DNA of 64,000 nt from Thelocarpon superellum. Taxonomy: Eukaryota. The translations under genes were made by a program, and so were the position numbers. The notes below the pieces were generated by a model, which had not been told where the DNA came from, did no database searches, and saw only the letters and a program-made list of their open reading frames with translations. The stretch's first letter is position 1, and the number at the start of each line of letters is the position of its first letter. The stretch covers positions 1 to 64,000 of the forward strand of contig JAPEUG010000017.1 in NCBI GenBank assembly GCA_026025795.1, given 5' to 3'. This document shows, one piece after another, positions 39,334 to 50,558 of the stretch.

Positions 39334-42300
39334 CTAAGGCATAATACTTTGCCTCCACCGATCAATAAGATCGCGCCGCTCTGGATGTAGGCCGGAGGAC
39401 TGTCGAGACAGGTGGAGGGCCGGCCCGTTACCCGTATTCATCTCGCCGCCATGCGTAGGCGGCGGGGGTCCCCATCCATGGTTCGCGTGTTGCATGCCTC
39501 CGTCCGGCGCCCCGTAGCAGCTGTACACCAACGGACGTCCGTAGTCGGCGGGGATGCCGTACCCATTGGGCGGTGGCGTGCCTGCGCCAGGACCCGGGAA
39601 GCCTCCGCTGGTCCGCCCAAGGTTCCACGCGGGTGGAGCCATTGGCTGCGACGGCGGGCGTCCGCCCGCGGCGGGGTGGGCGTGCAAGATGCTAGCCATG
39701 CTGTGCCGCTGTTTGACCACCGGGCTGCTCGCCACCGCCGCCCCACTCATGCTCGTTAGCTCACGGACCCGAGCCTCGCGCTCAGCTTGCACCTGGCGTT
39801 CAGCTCGGAGACGTTGACGGCGCTCGGCCAAGGACTCGCCCTCGGCCTCTGGTAGAGGAGCAGGTGCGGGTGCTGGGACAGGCATTGGTGCCGACATGGG
39901 AACTGGCATGGGAACCGGGGCAGGCATTGGTGCCGACATGGGAACCGGCATGGGAACCGGAGCAGGCATTGGTGCTGACATGGGGACCGGGGCAGGAGAG
40001 GGTGCCGGGACAGGCGCTGGTCTCGACATCGGAACTGGGGCAGGAACTGTTGCCGAGGCAGGCGCTGGTCTCGACATCGGGACCGGGGCAGGAAGTGGTT
40101 CCAGGACAGGCATTGGTCTCGACATGGGAACCGGCGGTGGCCGCGGCGCCGCATTCGGTGACGGAGGTAGACGCTTCGATGTTGGCCCAGTTTCGCCAAA
40201 GTGGTTCATCATCTCGCGCGCAAAGGAGTCGCTGATGGAGTGCCGCGAGGGCTTGGGCTTTCCCCCTCGGGCCTTCAGCCGCCGCCCGCGCTGGGCCAGG
40301 GTTTCCCCCTCGTGCTCGTCCTCATCCTGCCCGCTTTCCAGCTGGTCCGTCAGGCCCGGCACCTCCAGGGTGTAGCGCGGGGTCGGATCCTTCTCCACGG
40401 CGCTCGATCGTCGTCGCAGGGGCAGTCCAAGCCGCAGTCGGTCGCGTCGCCGTCGGAGCGGCTCTTCATCCTCGAGTTCGCGCTTCTCGATGAGGCCCAG
40501 CGGGAATCGATTGTCGAGACGCGACTTGGGCTTGCTGCCCGGGTAAAGGACGCCGAGCGGGACATCTTCGTCATCGTCGCTGTCTGGCATTCCGGGCACG
40601 CGGCCCACGGGCTCCTCCCACGCCAATGACACGTGCTTGTGACGCCGGGACTGCTGCTGCACTTGGGCGACCGCGTCGAGTTCCAGAAGTGTCGAGTGCA
40701 TGCCGTGCGGGTACGCCACGACAGGGTTACGTGTCCGCTGCCGTTGCTCGTGCTTGCGTAGTTGCAGTTCCGCAAGAAGAGTTGCGGGTGCCGCCGGCGG
40801 GGCCTCCTCCTTGGGGACCGTGTGATCGTCCTCACCCGGCGTCTCTCCCTCGAACTCATCGCGTTCCGCGACCGTGGGCTGCACTCCTCGATCCCCGGTG
40901 CGCTTCCCGCCAAGCTCCTCAAGAGCCGACGGAGTCCGCGGATGATCACCTTGGTCCGCATGATCATCGGAGCCCTCGTGCTCGAGGGACGGGGTGGGCG
41001 GTTGACTTGGAGCCTCGACCGGGGGCTCATCGTCCTTGATGTCTTCAAGCTCGCTGCCATGCCCCGAGTATCCTCCCACGCTCACGCGGCTGCTCATCTT
41101 CCTCTTCATCTCATCTGTGTGGTAGCTGCTCGCCCGTTTTCCGAGTAATACGTTGAGCGAGCTTCGGCTCTTGCGCGCCGCGAGCTTGCCGTCCGACGTG
41201 CTCGCCTTGAGTTGGGGGTCGGGTGACGACCGGGGCGGGCGGCGCACCGGCGCGTCCCGGCGATAGATGTCGGCGCCCGCTTGTCCGACGATGGGATGGT
41301 CGGTGAAGGCGTTGACGGGGGCATGGGCGGAGGCGTCCAGGATACTGTCGAGCGTCGCCACGGCCGACTCCTCCTTTACCTCGACGTCGTGCCCCGCCAT
41401 CGGCTGATCGAAGAACATGCTGGCACGGAGTTGGGGCGGGAGACCCGTGGGATCGCGGGTGCGGCGTCTCAACGCATCGCCGGCTGGAGCAGGGCCCGAT
41501 CCGGGATCTGCCGACGAGGGCGTCGGCTGCGCGTCTTCGACATCTTCCGGCCACGCGGAGGATCGTCGAGCCGCGGCCGGCGCAGAGTCTATCGCGACGG
41601 TACGCCGCTTATCGGCCGGAGCGGCCATGGGCATCTTCGACAATCGTTGCGGCAGATTGAGCATCATCGGCACGGGTGCGGGGTAGTATACCATGCCCGG
41701 TGCGGATGACGGATCTGCGTAGGAACGAGGGCGCCCACCGCCCATCATAGCTTGACCGGGCGGACTCCTCCGGCTGCTCCGGTCCGCAGGGCGTGACCGT
41801 ACCCGTGATTCCGCCGGGCGTCTCACCGGGCGTTCCACCGGGCGTTCCTCCGGACGTTCCACTGGCGTTTCTGTCGTTGCGGGCTCGACCGGAGTGAAGT
41901 GGACGCCGTCAAAATCCTGGAATGGGTTGCTCGCATCGTCGTCGCGAGGCTTCCTGCCCTCGAGCTGTAGAAGGGTATCATCACGATGCTGTCGAGGGAG
42001 CGCCGGTAAGGCTGGCAGCGGGCGGTCGGCATCGTGGATCCCCAGGCCTATCTGGGGTGCGGGCATGGACGGGTGCGAGGAGGCGTTGGAGCCAAACGAG
42101 GTATCTAATCGTAGCGACCTCCGATCGGATCCAGACGATCGAGGGGTTCGTGACGCTTGCGACGTGGATCGATATGATTGCGAGTAGGAGCGAGAGATGA
42201 TGGGGCCGGAGGGGGGATGGTAGTAGGCGGCAGGCGAGTAGCCGCCCGATCGGGCACTGTTGTTGGTGCCGATAATGGAATGGCGTGAGAGCGAGCCGGT

Positions 42301-43080
42301 CGAGATTTTGCGGGGGAGCGGGGGAGGGAGATCGCGGTCGGCGAAGGACTCGGTCGGCGATGATGACGGGGCGTAACTACCTGGCCGCCGCTTGCCCACC
42401 CGTTTCTGGGAAATGGACTCGCCCATATCGGAGGAGGTGATGCTCAACAACTCGGCGCTGCGTTCCAGCCGCTCGACATTCCCCAGGTAGGCACCCTGAA
42501 GCGACTCCAGACCCGGGGTTGGATGATGTAGGTCGACGCTCCCTCCGGACGAGACAGTTCGCAGGCACACGTCGGGCGAAGCGGATCGAGGACAAGAACT
42601 GGGACTGACGCGGTCCTCTTTTTGAATCGACGCCGCCATGGCGAGGGGTGGAGACTCTGGGCCCGACGCGACGACCGGGGCGTCATCGGAAGGGATAGGG
42701 CATGATTGATTGGAGCTCTCGTGATGAGACTCATTTCCGGCCTTTCCATGGTTGGGAGGTGGGGAGGAAGGTTGGTTCGGGTCATGAGCAACGTCGGTCT
42801 GATCATCATGCTCGATCGCCGTCGGTACGACGGACATGGCCGGAGCGTCGGTAGGAAGAACGGTATAGCCGGTGACAGATGTCAGAGCCGTGTTGGCCTC
42901 GAGCAATCTCACCCTCTCTTTGACCGACGCCGGTGCAGCGTGGAGGCCTTGCCGAGATGAGCTGGATAATGCATGATTTTGGTCGAGCCCGGTCGCGCGA
43001 CAAGCCTGGTCGGGGTTGGCGGACGAGTCAAACGCGTCGGTCGGCTCGGGCTCGCATTGCGCGAGGGCCACGTAGGCCAT
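39334..43080 (-). CDS. Large uncharacterised protein (1248 aa) with Pro/Met-rich repeat
   Basis: Uninterrupted ORF with blocks LQGAYLGNVERLERSAE, VYYPAPVPMMLNLPQRLSK, SAVATLDSILDASAHAPVNAFTDHP, TLLAELQLRK, STLLELDAVAQ, DEDVPLG, GETLAQR and C-terminal IDRWRQSI. Confidence 0.82.
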   Translation of the reverse strand: MAYVALAQCEPEPTDAFDSSANPDQACRATGLDQNHALSSSSRQGLHAAPASVKERVRLLEANTALTSVTGYTVLPTDAPAMSVVPTAIEHDDQTDVAHDPNQPSSPPPNHGKAGNESHHESSNQSCPIPSDDAPVVASGPESPPLAMAASIQKEDRVSPSSCPRSASPDVCLRTVSSGGSVDLHHPTPGLESLQGAYLGNVERLERSAELLSITSSDMGESISQKRVGKRRPGSYAPSSSPTESFADRDLPPPLPRKISTGSLSRHSIIGTNNSARSGGYSPAAYYHPPSGPIISRSYSQSYRSTSQASRTPRSSGSDRRSLRLDTSFGSNASSHPSMPAPQIGLGIHDADRPLPALPALPRQHRDDTLLQLEGRKPRDDDASNPFQDFDGVHFTPVEPATTETPVERPEERPVERPVRRPAESRVRSRPADRSSRRSPPGQAMMGGGRPRSYADPSSAPGMVYYPAPVPMMLNLPQRLSKMPMAAPADKRRTVAIDSAPAAARRSSAWPEDVEDAQPTPSSADPGSGPAPAGDALRRRTRDPTGLPPQLRASMFFDQPMAGHDVEVKEESAVATLDSILDASAHAPVNAFTDHPIVGQAGADIYRRDAPVRRPPRSSPDPQLKASTSDGKLAARKSRSSLNVLLGKRASSYHTDEMKRKMSSRVSVGGYSGHGSELEDIKDDEPPVEAPSQPPTPSLEHEGSDDHADQGDHPRTPSALEELGGKRTGDRGVQPTVAERDEFEGETPGEDDHTVPKEEAPPAAPATLLAELQLRKHEQRQRTRNPVVAYPHGMHSTLLELDAVAQVQQQSRRHKHVSLAWEEPVGRVPGMPDSDDDEDVPLGVLYPGSKPKSRLDNRFPLGLIEKRELEDEEPLRRRRDRLRLGLPLRRRSSAVEKDPTPRYTLEVPGLTDQLESGQDEDEHEGETLAQRGRRLKARGGKPKPSRHSISDSFAREMMNHFGETGPTSKRLPPSPNAAPRPPPVPMSRPMPVLEPLPAPVPMSRPAPASATVPAPVPMSRPAPVPAPSPAPVPMSAPMPAPVPMPVPMSAPMPAPVPMPVPMSAPMPVPAPAPAPLPEAEGESLAERRQRLRAERQVQAEREARVRELTSMSGAAVASSPVVKQRHSMASILHAHPAAGGRPPSQPMAPPAWNLGRTSGGFPGPGAGTPPPNGYGIPADYGRPLVYSCYGAPDGGMQHANHGWGPPPPTHGGEMNTGNGPALHLSRQSSGLHPERRDLIDRWRQSIMP
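39862..40132. repeat. Coding minisatellite encoding (PAPVPMS[A/R]P[M/A])n
   Basis: CAGGCATTGGT(G/C).CGACATGGG..CCGG-type units recur about 6 times. Confidence 0.8.
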
Positions 43081-44420
43081 ATTCTAATGAGCCGTGAAGC
43101 AGTGTGTCCACCGACCGTGCCCAGAGAGATCTGTGAGGCTTGGGCCAGGGCCGTCGACGTGACGGCTAGCTTAGTGCTGCACCCCAGGATGGATGGGAGG
43201 TGAGAAGGGTCGTGGACGGAGTGTCACGAGCCTCCAGGAACGACTTTATCGCGACCCTCTTCCGTTGTTTCTATTTAGGTCTCTTCTGGGGCTGGCGGGA
43301 ATGCGCGGCTGGCGTGGGGGTGTCTCTTTACCACTCTCCGCCAGGGCGCCGACGGGGCGTCAGCCACCGGCATGATACGGCGTACCAAGTACGGCTACTG
43401 TCCGGAGGCGTCACGCTTTCATTTTCGCCTCGACCGTGGACTCTACTGGCCACTGTGCGAAGGTCTTCGGGGTGCGTGAACGTCGTGTCACCCAGCCACT
43501 CGCCAGTCTCGGTTATAACTCATTTCTGATGGTGGGTACTTGCCCTTCGTGCCATACTGCTAGCGGTGCGTGGTATTTCCCTGCGATGGCCCCGCGGCCG
43601 GGATCAAGGCCCTCACTTTCGTAGCGCAGGAATCCAGGATTTCTCTTACCGAGGAAGGTAGGAATGACCGCAATTCCCGGACGAAGGAACCAGGTATAAG
43701 ACATCATTTTTCTCCACGACTATGCGACGACGAGCATGGACGGGCATGTACTTCGTACCGCGGTGCGACAGACTTGTCCGAGTACTTTATCAATCAATCC
43801 ATTCACTCCATTGCCGATCCGCCACTGGCCGCATTTGGAGATGCGCACGATAATACCGCCGCTGCTTGATCTTGGCAGATTGCTCGCACTGAGTGGAAGA
43901 GCCACTGACGAGCCTTCTGCACCACAGCGAACGCTATCGTGGAGATTGCGACGCGGCGGGCGCTGATGTTCAGACGCACCCGTTATCTCTGGCACTCCCT
44001 CTATCTCCAAAATTTGGGTGGCGTTTCGGTAATTCCTACCGAGATCTCCCCCATGCTTTCGCCGTTCCCTGAGGCGATCATGGTGGAGAGGGTGACTTTA
44101 GCCGAGAGCCACGGAACACACGCCATGAGCAAGAATTTCGGGATTGTGCCACGACCCATCCGCAACAATGCCGACTTTGTACGTGCAGAAATTGGGTAAG
44201 GACAGAATGCAATGTCGGACAGGCTTCATATATCCCACGCGTCATCTGTCGTTGTTGCCCGGCATCCACCACGTCCGCGCTTGGGGCTTGCTCCACCTTG
44301 GGACCGCCCCTTCCGAACCGGTCCCTTGCGTGCTCACAGGCCCCCCTTCGATCGCCCTCAACCCTGTCACTGGCCCTTGCCCCTGGCTGCGGACCTTTTT
44401 GATGGCCGCCGCTCTCATCA

Positions 44421-44912
44421 TCACAGTGCTCGGCCAAAAAAGAGCAGCTCGCTGACAGGGTTCTCATAATGAGTCGGGATGGGCTGGAAGCCAGCCTTCC
44501 GATACAGTGCAATGGCGCCGACCATGGAAGGCAAGGTATCCAGTCGGACGTCACGGTATCCCAGCCGTCGCGCGGTGTCCAGGATTGCCTTGACCAGCGC
44601 TGTGCCTAGGCCGAGGCCCCTCCCTTCGGGCGAGACATAGAGTCGTTTGATCTCGCAGCAGCCGTCCTGGGGTTGCGGACGCACAGCAACGCATCCAATG
44701 ACGGCGCCGCGCTCATCGTGGGCGAGGAGAATTTCCCCGGTGGGCGGAGCGTATTTACCGGGCATCGAGGCCATTTCGGCGTCAAAGGCCTGGAAGGACA
44801 AGTCGAGACCCAGCGAGGTCGCGTAGGTCGTGAACAAGGAACGTGTGGCCTCGAGGTCTGTGACGGACCGCGCCGGCTCGATGGTAAACTTGATGGGGCC
44901 ACTCGTTGACAT
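44421..44912 (-). CDS. GNAT-family N-acetyltransferase (163 aa, intronless)
   Basis: GCVAVRP, CCEIKRLYVSPEGRGLGLG (acetyl-CoA binding motif A), LDTLPSM..AIALYRKAGF..I..YENP. Confidence 0.9.
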   Translation of the reverse strand: MSTSGPIKFTIEPARSVTDLEATRSLFTTYATSLGLDLSFQAFDAEMASMPGKYAPPTGEILLAHDERGAVIGCVAVRPQPQDGCCEIKRLYVSPEGRGLGLGTALVKAILDTARRLGYRDVRLDTLPSMVGAIALYRKAGFQPIPTHYENPVSELLFFGRAL

Positions 44913-45901
44913 TGCGCAACTGTCCAAGCCACCGCGTTCTGCGTCGAGCCTGATACTTTCATGGTCGCGATACTGGCTGACCACCGGGCGTGCTCACTGC
45001 CCGAACACAAGCCGGGAACAGATCTCGGTTTCGTGTGCCGAAGTCAAGCAACCTACAAGTGTACGGATTACAAAGGCATTACTCACCAGCTTTGGCGCCA
45101 GGTCAATCATCTTTCCTCCTGCCGCCGCTAGAGGACCGTTAAGGTCTCTTAGGCGGAGCAAGTGCAAGGGTTCCGTCGATCTGGCGGCCAAAAAGTGTGG
45201 GATGTGTCCGCACGCAAAGCGGCCCAGCCAAATCGGCTAGTAGCCGTTTTATCCTGGCACCCAGGGCAAATGGCCATGTCGTCCGACACGTCATTTCAGA
45301 CATGTCGGGCGCCCCCCGAGATTCTCTGCAGAGCAATGCAATTGTCTTGACGGACTCGGTTGATACGGGTCCGTTCGGCCAGAACGAAGAACTCGTACGT
45401 GGCGTCCAGTGGTGCCCCGTGGACGTGGCAGGTAGAGGCAGGCCAGCCGTTTGGCTTTGCACCTACTCGTCCAGGGTGAGGACCCATTTTGGACGGGAGG
45501 GACTAAGAGTGCCACTCGGATGCAGGTGCTCAGATGTGACGCATCATATTCCCATGTCCCGCCCATGCAAGAGAGCATCGGTCACGCCTGCCATTGGATC
45601 ACCCCTTGTCTCGACCAAGACCGTTTAGCCGGGCCATGTGCGCCACCGGCTTGATCGGCCTCAGGCGAATGCTCCCTGGCAAGACTAGGTCGTTGGGCGT
45701 TTGGCAAGCATGTACCTACTTTGTACAGCTCCTCAACGGCCGCGGGCTAGTAGATGCAGGCCTGCGGCCCGGCCCCTCATGCCTCCGCTCCATTCCATCT
45801 TTCATCGTGATTCCGGGGCTTGCTTGAATGAAGGGCCGTGGACCATCTTGAGTGCACCGACCGTCGTTGTCGTCCAACTTCATCAGTGACTGCCGCTTAC
45901 C

Positions 45902-46792
45902 ATGAACGCGAATCAGCGCGTGAGCCCTTTCCCGTTCCCTCTGCTCCCCACACCGTTCCGTCCCGCTGTGCCCGAGATCACGCCCGCCAGCGGAACGAAG
46001 CATGGGGAGAGCTCGGCCGTCGCTTCAGTGCCCTTGGCTCGCCTCGAAGTCATCGGCCAAGCACCCGAAGTCAAGCGGCGGATCTTCGTGCGCTTCACGC
46101 CGGCGAACATCCCCGGCGAAGCAGCGGTGCGCCATGCTACCCTGGCCGAGGCCTTTTGCCAGCAGGTCTTCGGACGAGCATACCAGTATCCGCTGCGAGA
46201 CTGGGTCTACGTGCAGCAAAACCGGGACAAGGAAGATGAGAAGTGCTGGATGATTCTGGATCTCAATGTGGGGACGGACGGGCTCGACACCAACATGATC
46301 CCCTTCATCTGCGTGCTGGGCAAGTACGTCGACGACACCGCGTACGTATGTCCAGCCACGGACGGACGCTGATGGCTGCTGGACTGATGCAAGCGCGATC
46401 AGCACCTTCCGCGTGATCAAGAACCCCGACAAGATCACGACCTTTCATCAGGGATATCGATGGGGCGGGGCGGTCGGCGAGTTCGCATATAATGCGTATG
46501 TGCATGGGCCAGGACCTGTGGGTAGGTGCCGTGATTCTTCCCTTCCGAGATGTGCTTCCACCTTCGATGTCGCTCATGCGTCGGAGCAGATGAAAAGGAG
46601 CAAGCGCGGCTCTTGACCGTCGTCCGCCAGGCGCGCTACACCAAGGCGACGTCGTACAATGACCTCGAGCGAAAGAAGATCTTGTTCAACTACAAGTACC
46701 AGCTCGGACAGGTCCAGAAAAACGGCAAGATGGACAAGCCCGACATTCTTCTGAAGAAGGACGAAGACGGGAAGTCAGACGCGGGCGAGTGA
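45902..46792 (+). CDS. Hypothetical protein, probably 3 exons (about 45902-46341, 46403-46521, 46590-46792)
   Basis: Three consecutive ORF pieces join in frame through GTACGT..CAG and GTAGGT..CAG introns. No family recognised. Confidence 0.5.
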
Positions 46793-47084
46793 AGCCGATG
46801 ATGGCGGTGACGCTGTTGCGAGGGAGGGTTGGCGTTCTATTCTACTTCTTTCCTCACGATCCGTCTTCTCTGTGCGGTGGAGAGAAAGGGGAGTGGGCAC
46901 GTCCCGTTGATACTAGATCTAGGAGTGATTCCATACCGCTGATATTGATGTGTGTTCCTGATGTTTTCCTTCTGCATGCACGCTCCCAACTCCACGAGTG
47001 GATCCAACATTCTAGCGACCCCGCCCCCTCAAACGCCATGCGACGGAATTCACCAAACAACGCACCGAGCCCAAGTCGGCGCTC

Positions 47085-48629
47085 TCACAACTGACCTCTA
47101 CTGGTCAGGAGATCATCCAGCTTCTTGGCCTGCTCGACCGTCGTCTCGAAGATGGAGCGCTCGTGTGCGTCGACGCTCAGGATGGAGGCGCCCCTCATGC
47201 AGCTGACGTCTTGCTTGGCGCGGCCCTTGTCCCACGTGCCGTCGATCATCCAGTGAGTCGGCACCAAGAACTCCGTGGCGCTGCGCAGCTTGTTCTTCAA
47301 CAAACTGCCGTTGTACCACAGCAGTTTTCCCGCCTCGTCTGCATGCGCAATCGTGAAGCTGCACACGCGATCTTGCCCTGGACCGCGCTCGTCCAGCTCG
47401 CCAATGATGGCGCTGTAGTGCTCCTCAAACGTGTAAGGCACGCTGCAGAGCTCCAGGCCGAGCCACCAGCTCTCTTTGTCGCCGTAGTGCTTCTTATAGG
47501 TCCAGTTGGTCCGCACCGGGAGCGTGTTCTGCCAACAGATGTGCAAGAGGCCGAGGAAGACGGGCATCCGGGCCTTGTCCAGCACGACCAGGCCCGAGTC
47601 TTGTTCCTCCGCGTAGTTTTGCGAGTAGACCAGGGAGGCGCGGAGCGTGTCGCTCGGCTCGTGGTGCTCCATCTCCTTCTTCCACCACGCGTGTCGCTCG
47701 GGAAACGCGCCCTGCCACAGCAGGCGGTCGTGGAAGAAGAGGGCGCCACGATCGCGATAGCCTCGATGGCCGTCGAAGATCGCCTCCGGGGGCTGCACGA
47801 GCACGGCATCTGCGTCCAGCAAGACGACTTGTTCAAAGTGGCTGGCCAGCACGGCAAAGGGCTTGATGGCCCATCCTCCGCCGGACAGGTCCAGGAGGGC
47901 ATCATCCATCACCTCCGTGATGTCCAGCGTCTCGATATCAGATCCGAGACCCCGAACGGTGTCGCGGAAGGCCTCGGGGAGGTCCTTGTCGCCGGCGTAG
48001 ACGATCTGGATGGGCATTGATGACTGAAAGATATTACGCACCGCTCCGACCAGATGGCAGGCGTATCGGAAATTGTGCCTGCCGGTCGGAATGACGAGGC
48101 CGCGGGTGCCTGGATTCATCGTCTGTAGCCGGCTGCTCAGCGGCGCCCGGTCGTTTGGTTTGCTGGGATTGCGGAGATAGGAAAAGAGCGACTGGGCGAC
48201 GGCCTCGATGTTCGACCACACGGCCTCCGCTGGCCCCACCTCGCCATGTTGCACCATGGCCTTGTGGGATTCGATCCAGCCCTGCAGGATCTGTACGCGT
48301 CGCCCCATCTCCCCAAAGTCGGCGTCGGACAGGGGATAGTCGACCAGGTAGTCGGCGAGGGTCTTGATTGTCGCCGCGACGGCTTCGCTCGATCTCGAAC
48401 CTGGTCCCGTCCCCGTTTCCGTGCTTGCTCCAGCTCCAGCTCCAGCTCCAGCTCCATCGCCCGTGTCCGTCCCCAGTCTTGTTCGGTTGGATAACACAGG
48501 TGATGGTGAATGAAGGAATTGCGTGATTGCACCGCGGGTGGCGAAGAGGGTGCGACAGGTGACGAGGAAGAGAGTCCCGATGACGAGGATTAAGGCCAAG
48601 CGATATCGGGCTGGCACGAAGAAGGCCAT
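47085..48629 (-). CDS. Alpha-1,3-mannosyltransferase, MNN1/MNT family (GT71), type II membrane protein
   Basis: N-terminal signal anchor. Motifs RGLVIP, PIQIVYAGDKDL, GWAIKPFAVLASHFEQVVLLDAD (DxD), GALFFHDR, EQDSGLVVLDK, YGDKESWWLG, HAD..GKLLWYNGSL. Confidence 0.9.
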   Translation of the reverse strand: MAFFVPARYRLALILVIGTLFLVTCRTLFATRGAITQFLHSPSPVLSNRTRLGTDTGDGAGAGAGAGASTETGTGPGSRSSEAVAATIKTLADYLVDYPLSDADFGEMGRRVQILQGWIESHKAMVQHGEVGPAEAVWSNIEAVAQSLFSYLRNPSKPNDRAPLSSRLQTMNPGTRGLVIPTGRHNFRYACHLVGAVRNIFQSSMPIQIVYAGDKDLPEAFRDTVRGLGSDIETLDITEVMDDALLDLSGGGWAIKPFAVLASHFEQVVLLDADAVLVQPPEAIFDGHRGYRDRGALFFHDRLLWQGAFPERHAWWKKEMEHHEPSDTLRASLVYSQNYAEEQDSGLVVLDKARMPVFLGLLHICWQNTLPVRTNWTYKKHYGDKESWWLGLELCSVPYTFEEHYSAIIGELDERGPGQDRVCSFTIAHADEAGKLLWYNGSLLKNKLRSATEFLVPTHWMIDGTWDKGRAKQDVSCMRGASILSVDAHERSIFETTVEQAKKLDDLLTSRGQL

Positions 48630-48999
48630 TGTGCCGAGTGCGGAAGGTGAAGCTTTCGATGGTCGGCTTTATTTTCTAGTCTTCATGGCGAGGGCGCACT
48701 CGTTGCCCAAGCCAATGTTCTGGCGGAGCACTTATCCCTACACCAGGATGATGCACAGTGTCATCGCGCTGGGTCGAGCCATGAAGGAGCGTCTGATGGG
48801 AGGATTCGCTAGTTCAGGAGTGCCCTTACTACGTACGACTCGACCGAGATCAGGCAGCGCCAGGCCTCCACTCATCGAGCGGGTAGCGAGGGGGCCAGTT
48901 ACACCAACCCCGACCCCCCGGAGCCGCTGACGGACCGCGTTCTTACTGCGCCTCCCTTTTCGCCCCGCGGGCTCTTTCCATACGGCAGCATGGCCTTGG

Positions 49000-49515
49000 T
49001 CACGGTAGATGGGTTTGACGTTGGAAGCATCTTTGAGTTCCTGGTAAAACGAGGCAAGCAACCACAGGCTCTTGAGCAAGTGTGAAAAATATGGATTGTG
49101 TAGAAGCGCCGTCGTATTTATTGAAGATGCTGCTGTTGTGCTGGCGATCAACTGAAGTTGTCACACCGGGTCCCGAGTCATCGTCAAATGAAAACCTTGA
49201 CCCAGATGAAATAGCTATGGCATCGACCTGGGCATAATCGAAGTTGAAGTAATTTTTGTCGGGTCTTATACTGAAAAACCCACTTGGAAAGCAGCGTTTG
49301 TCCCCAGTTGCACTGATGATAAGACAGGCAGATGCGCTGTTGTCTAGCGATGGGAAGGCGGGGAGCTTGCCGAATTTCGAGGCATCGGAGGGTGGTGTTG
49401 TCACGGGGGAACCAACAGCGTTGGTGCTGCGCCTAGCTAGATCTGCTCGATGAGCGAGGGCGGATGAGGAGACAGCTGCTGACAGAGCTAGGGCGATGAG
49501 GCATTGGATCATCAT
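49000..49515 (-). CDS. Putative secreted protein (about 171 aa), 3' end possibly frameshifted
   Basis: Signal peptide MMIQCLIALALSAAVSSSALA and dibasic site LARR. Two related motifs ACLIISATGDKRCF and ACLVLPGTQRCF. Confidence 0.5.
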   Translation of the reverse strand: MMIQCLIALALSAAVSSSALAHRADLARRSTNAVGSPVTTPPSDASKFGKLPAFPSLDNSASACLIISATGDKRCFPSGFFSIRPDKNYFNFDYAQVDAIAISSGSRFSFDDDSGPGVTTSVDRQHNSSIFNKYDGASTQSIFFTLAQEPVVACLVLPGTQRCFQRQTHLP

Positions 49516-50558
49516 GATGGGAAAGAGTAGATACACAGTTCTCGAATGGTTGAGGGAGGGCAGAGAGGAGTGATTCGAAGTCGGCACTGTTGCAAAGTTG
49601 GAGTAGTAGGTGACGTGGCGTTGTAGTCGTTATTCCCTAGGTCTTGAATAAATTCCAACATCTGAGTCCCCCTCTCTGACTTGCGCACCAGGGTAATCCT
49701 AGCATGTTCACAGCAAGGATGCTGCGGCACTTTCGTGTACAGCTTTTGGCAGCTGATCAGGACGCTCTGTTGCCATTGCGGTTACCATTGAACCTCAGCT
49801 TGAGGCTTCTGGCAGGGACGAGCCAAGTTCCACAAGCAGCAGATGAGCATCATGCCTACACCCACTGTATGGCTTTCATCTTACAAGATCCTCCGTGTAC
49901 AACATGGCTGGTGATTATCGCTTTTTGAATCTTGCAGCATGCACCTGTCGACTATAGGCCTGCACGCATGACACCGCCACATTTTCAATTTCCATGGGCG
50001 CTCACGGCTTCCGTGGGAATGGTGATATTATTTACCTCGCATCAGGACTGTTCGCAGCTTGGTGGAACGCAAGTCCTCCGCCTCAAGCACCCATAGGATT
50101 CAAGAAATCTCACTGGCTTAGACTACGTTCACATCAAAGGCCCCCCTTGTCTCCAGCAGGTAGTGCAGCTCTAAATCCATTCGTTGTAGCGCCGCATACA
50201 TTTCAGTTATGTTGCACTCGGCGCTCTACTATTCCATCGATTGCTAGTCCATCAAACTTACTTGACACATCGGAGCCTGGCAAGAGGTCTCGGCGGCCAT
50301 TCTGGGGGTGCGGTCCACGACGCTTGGGTCGCGCGTGAACCTCGCGTGAGTCATGTGATTGTCATCATTGCGCTTTAACGACGGCAAAGGAGTCACTGCG
50401 GTGATGGAACCGACCTCCGCCCATGGACCCGCGGTGCGATGGATCGTTGGACGCGTGCGGGAGTCTCACACCTCATCCGTCGCAAAGGACTGATCAAGCC
50501 GCCATCACCACCACCCATGCGCTTGTCACGTTAGCCCTCTCCCGCAACTTCCGGCGCC

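Noticed and set aside
43400..45800. Short ORFs flanking the GNAT gene
   Set aside because: No recognisable domain or consistent splice model; they may be decayed gene fragments.
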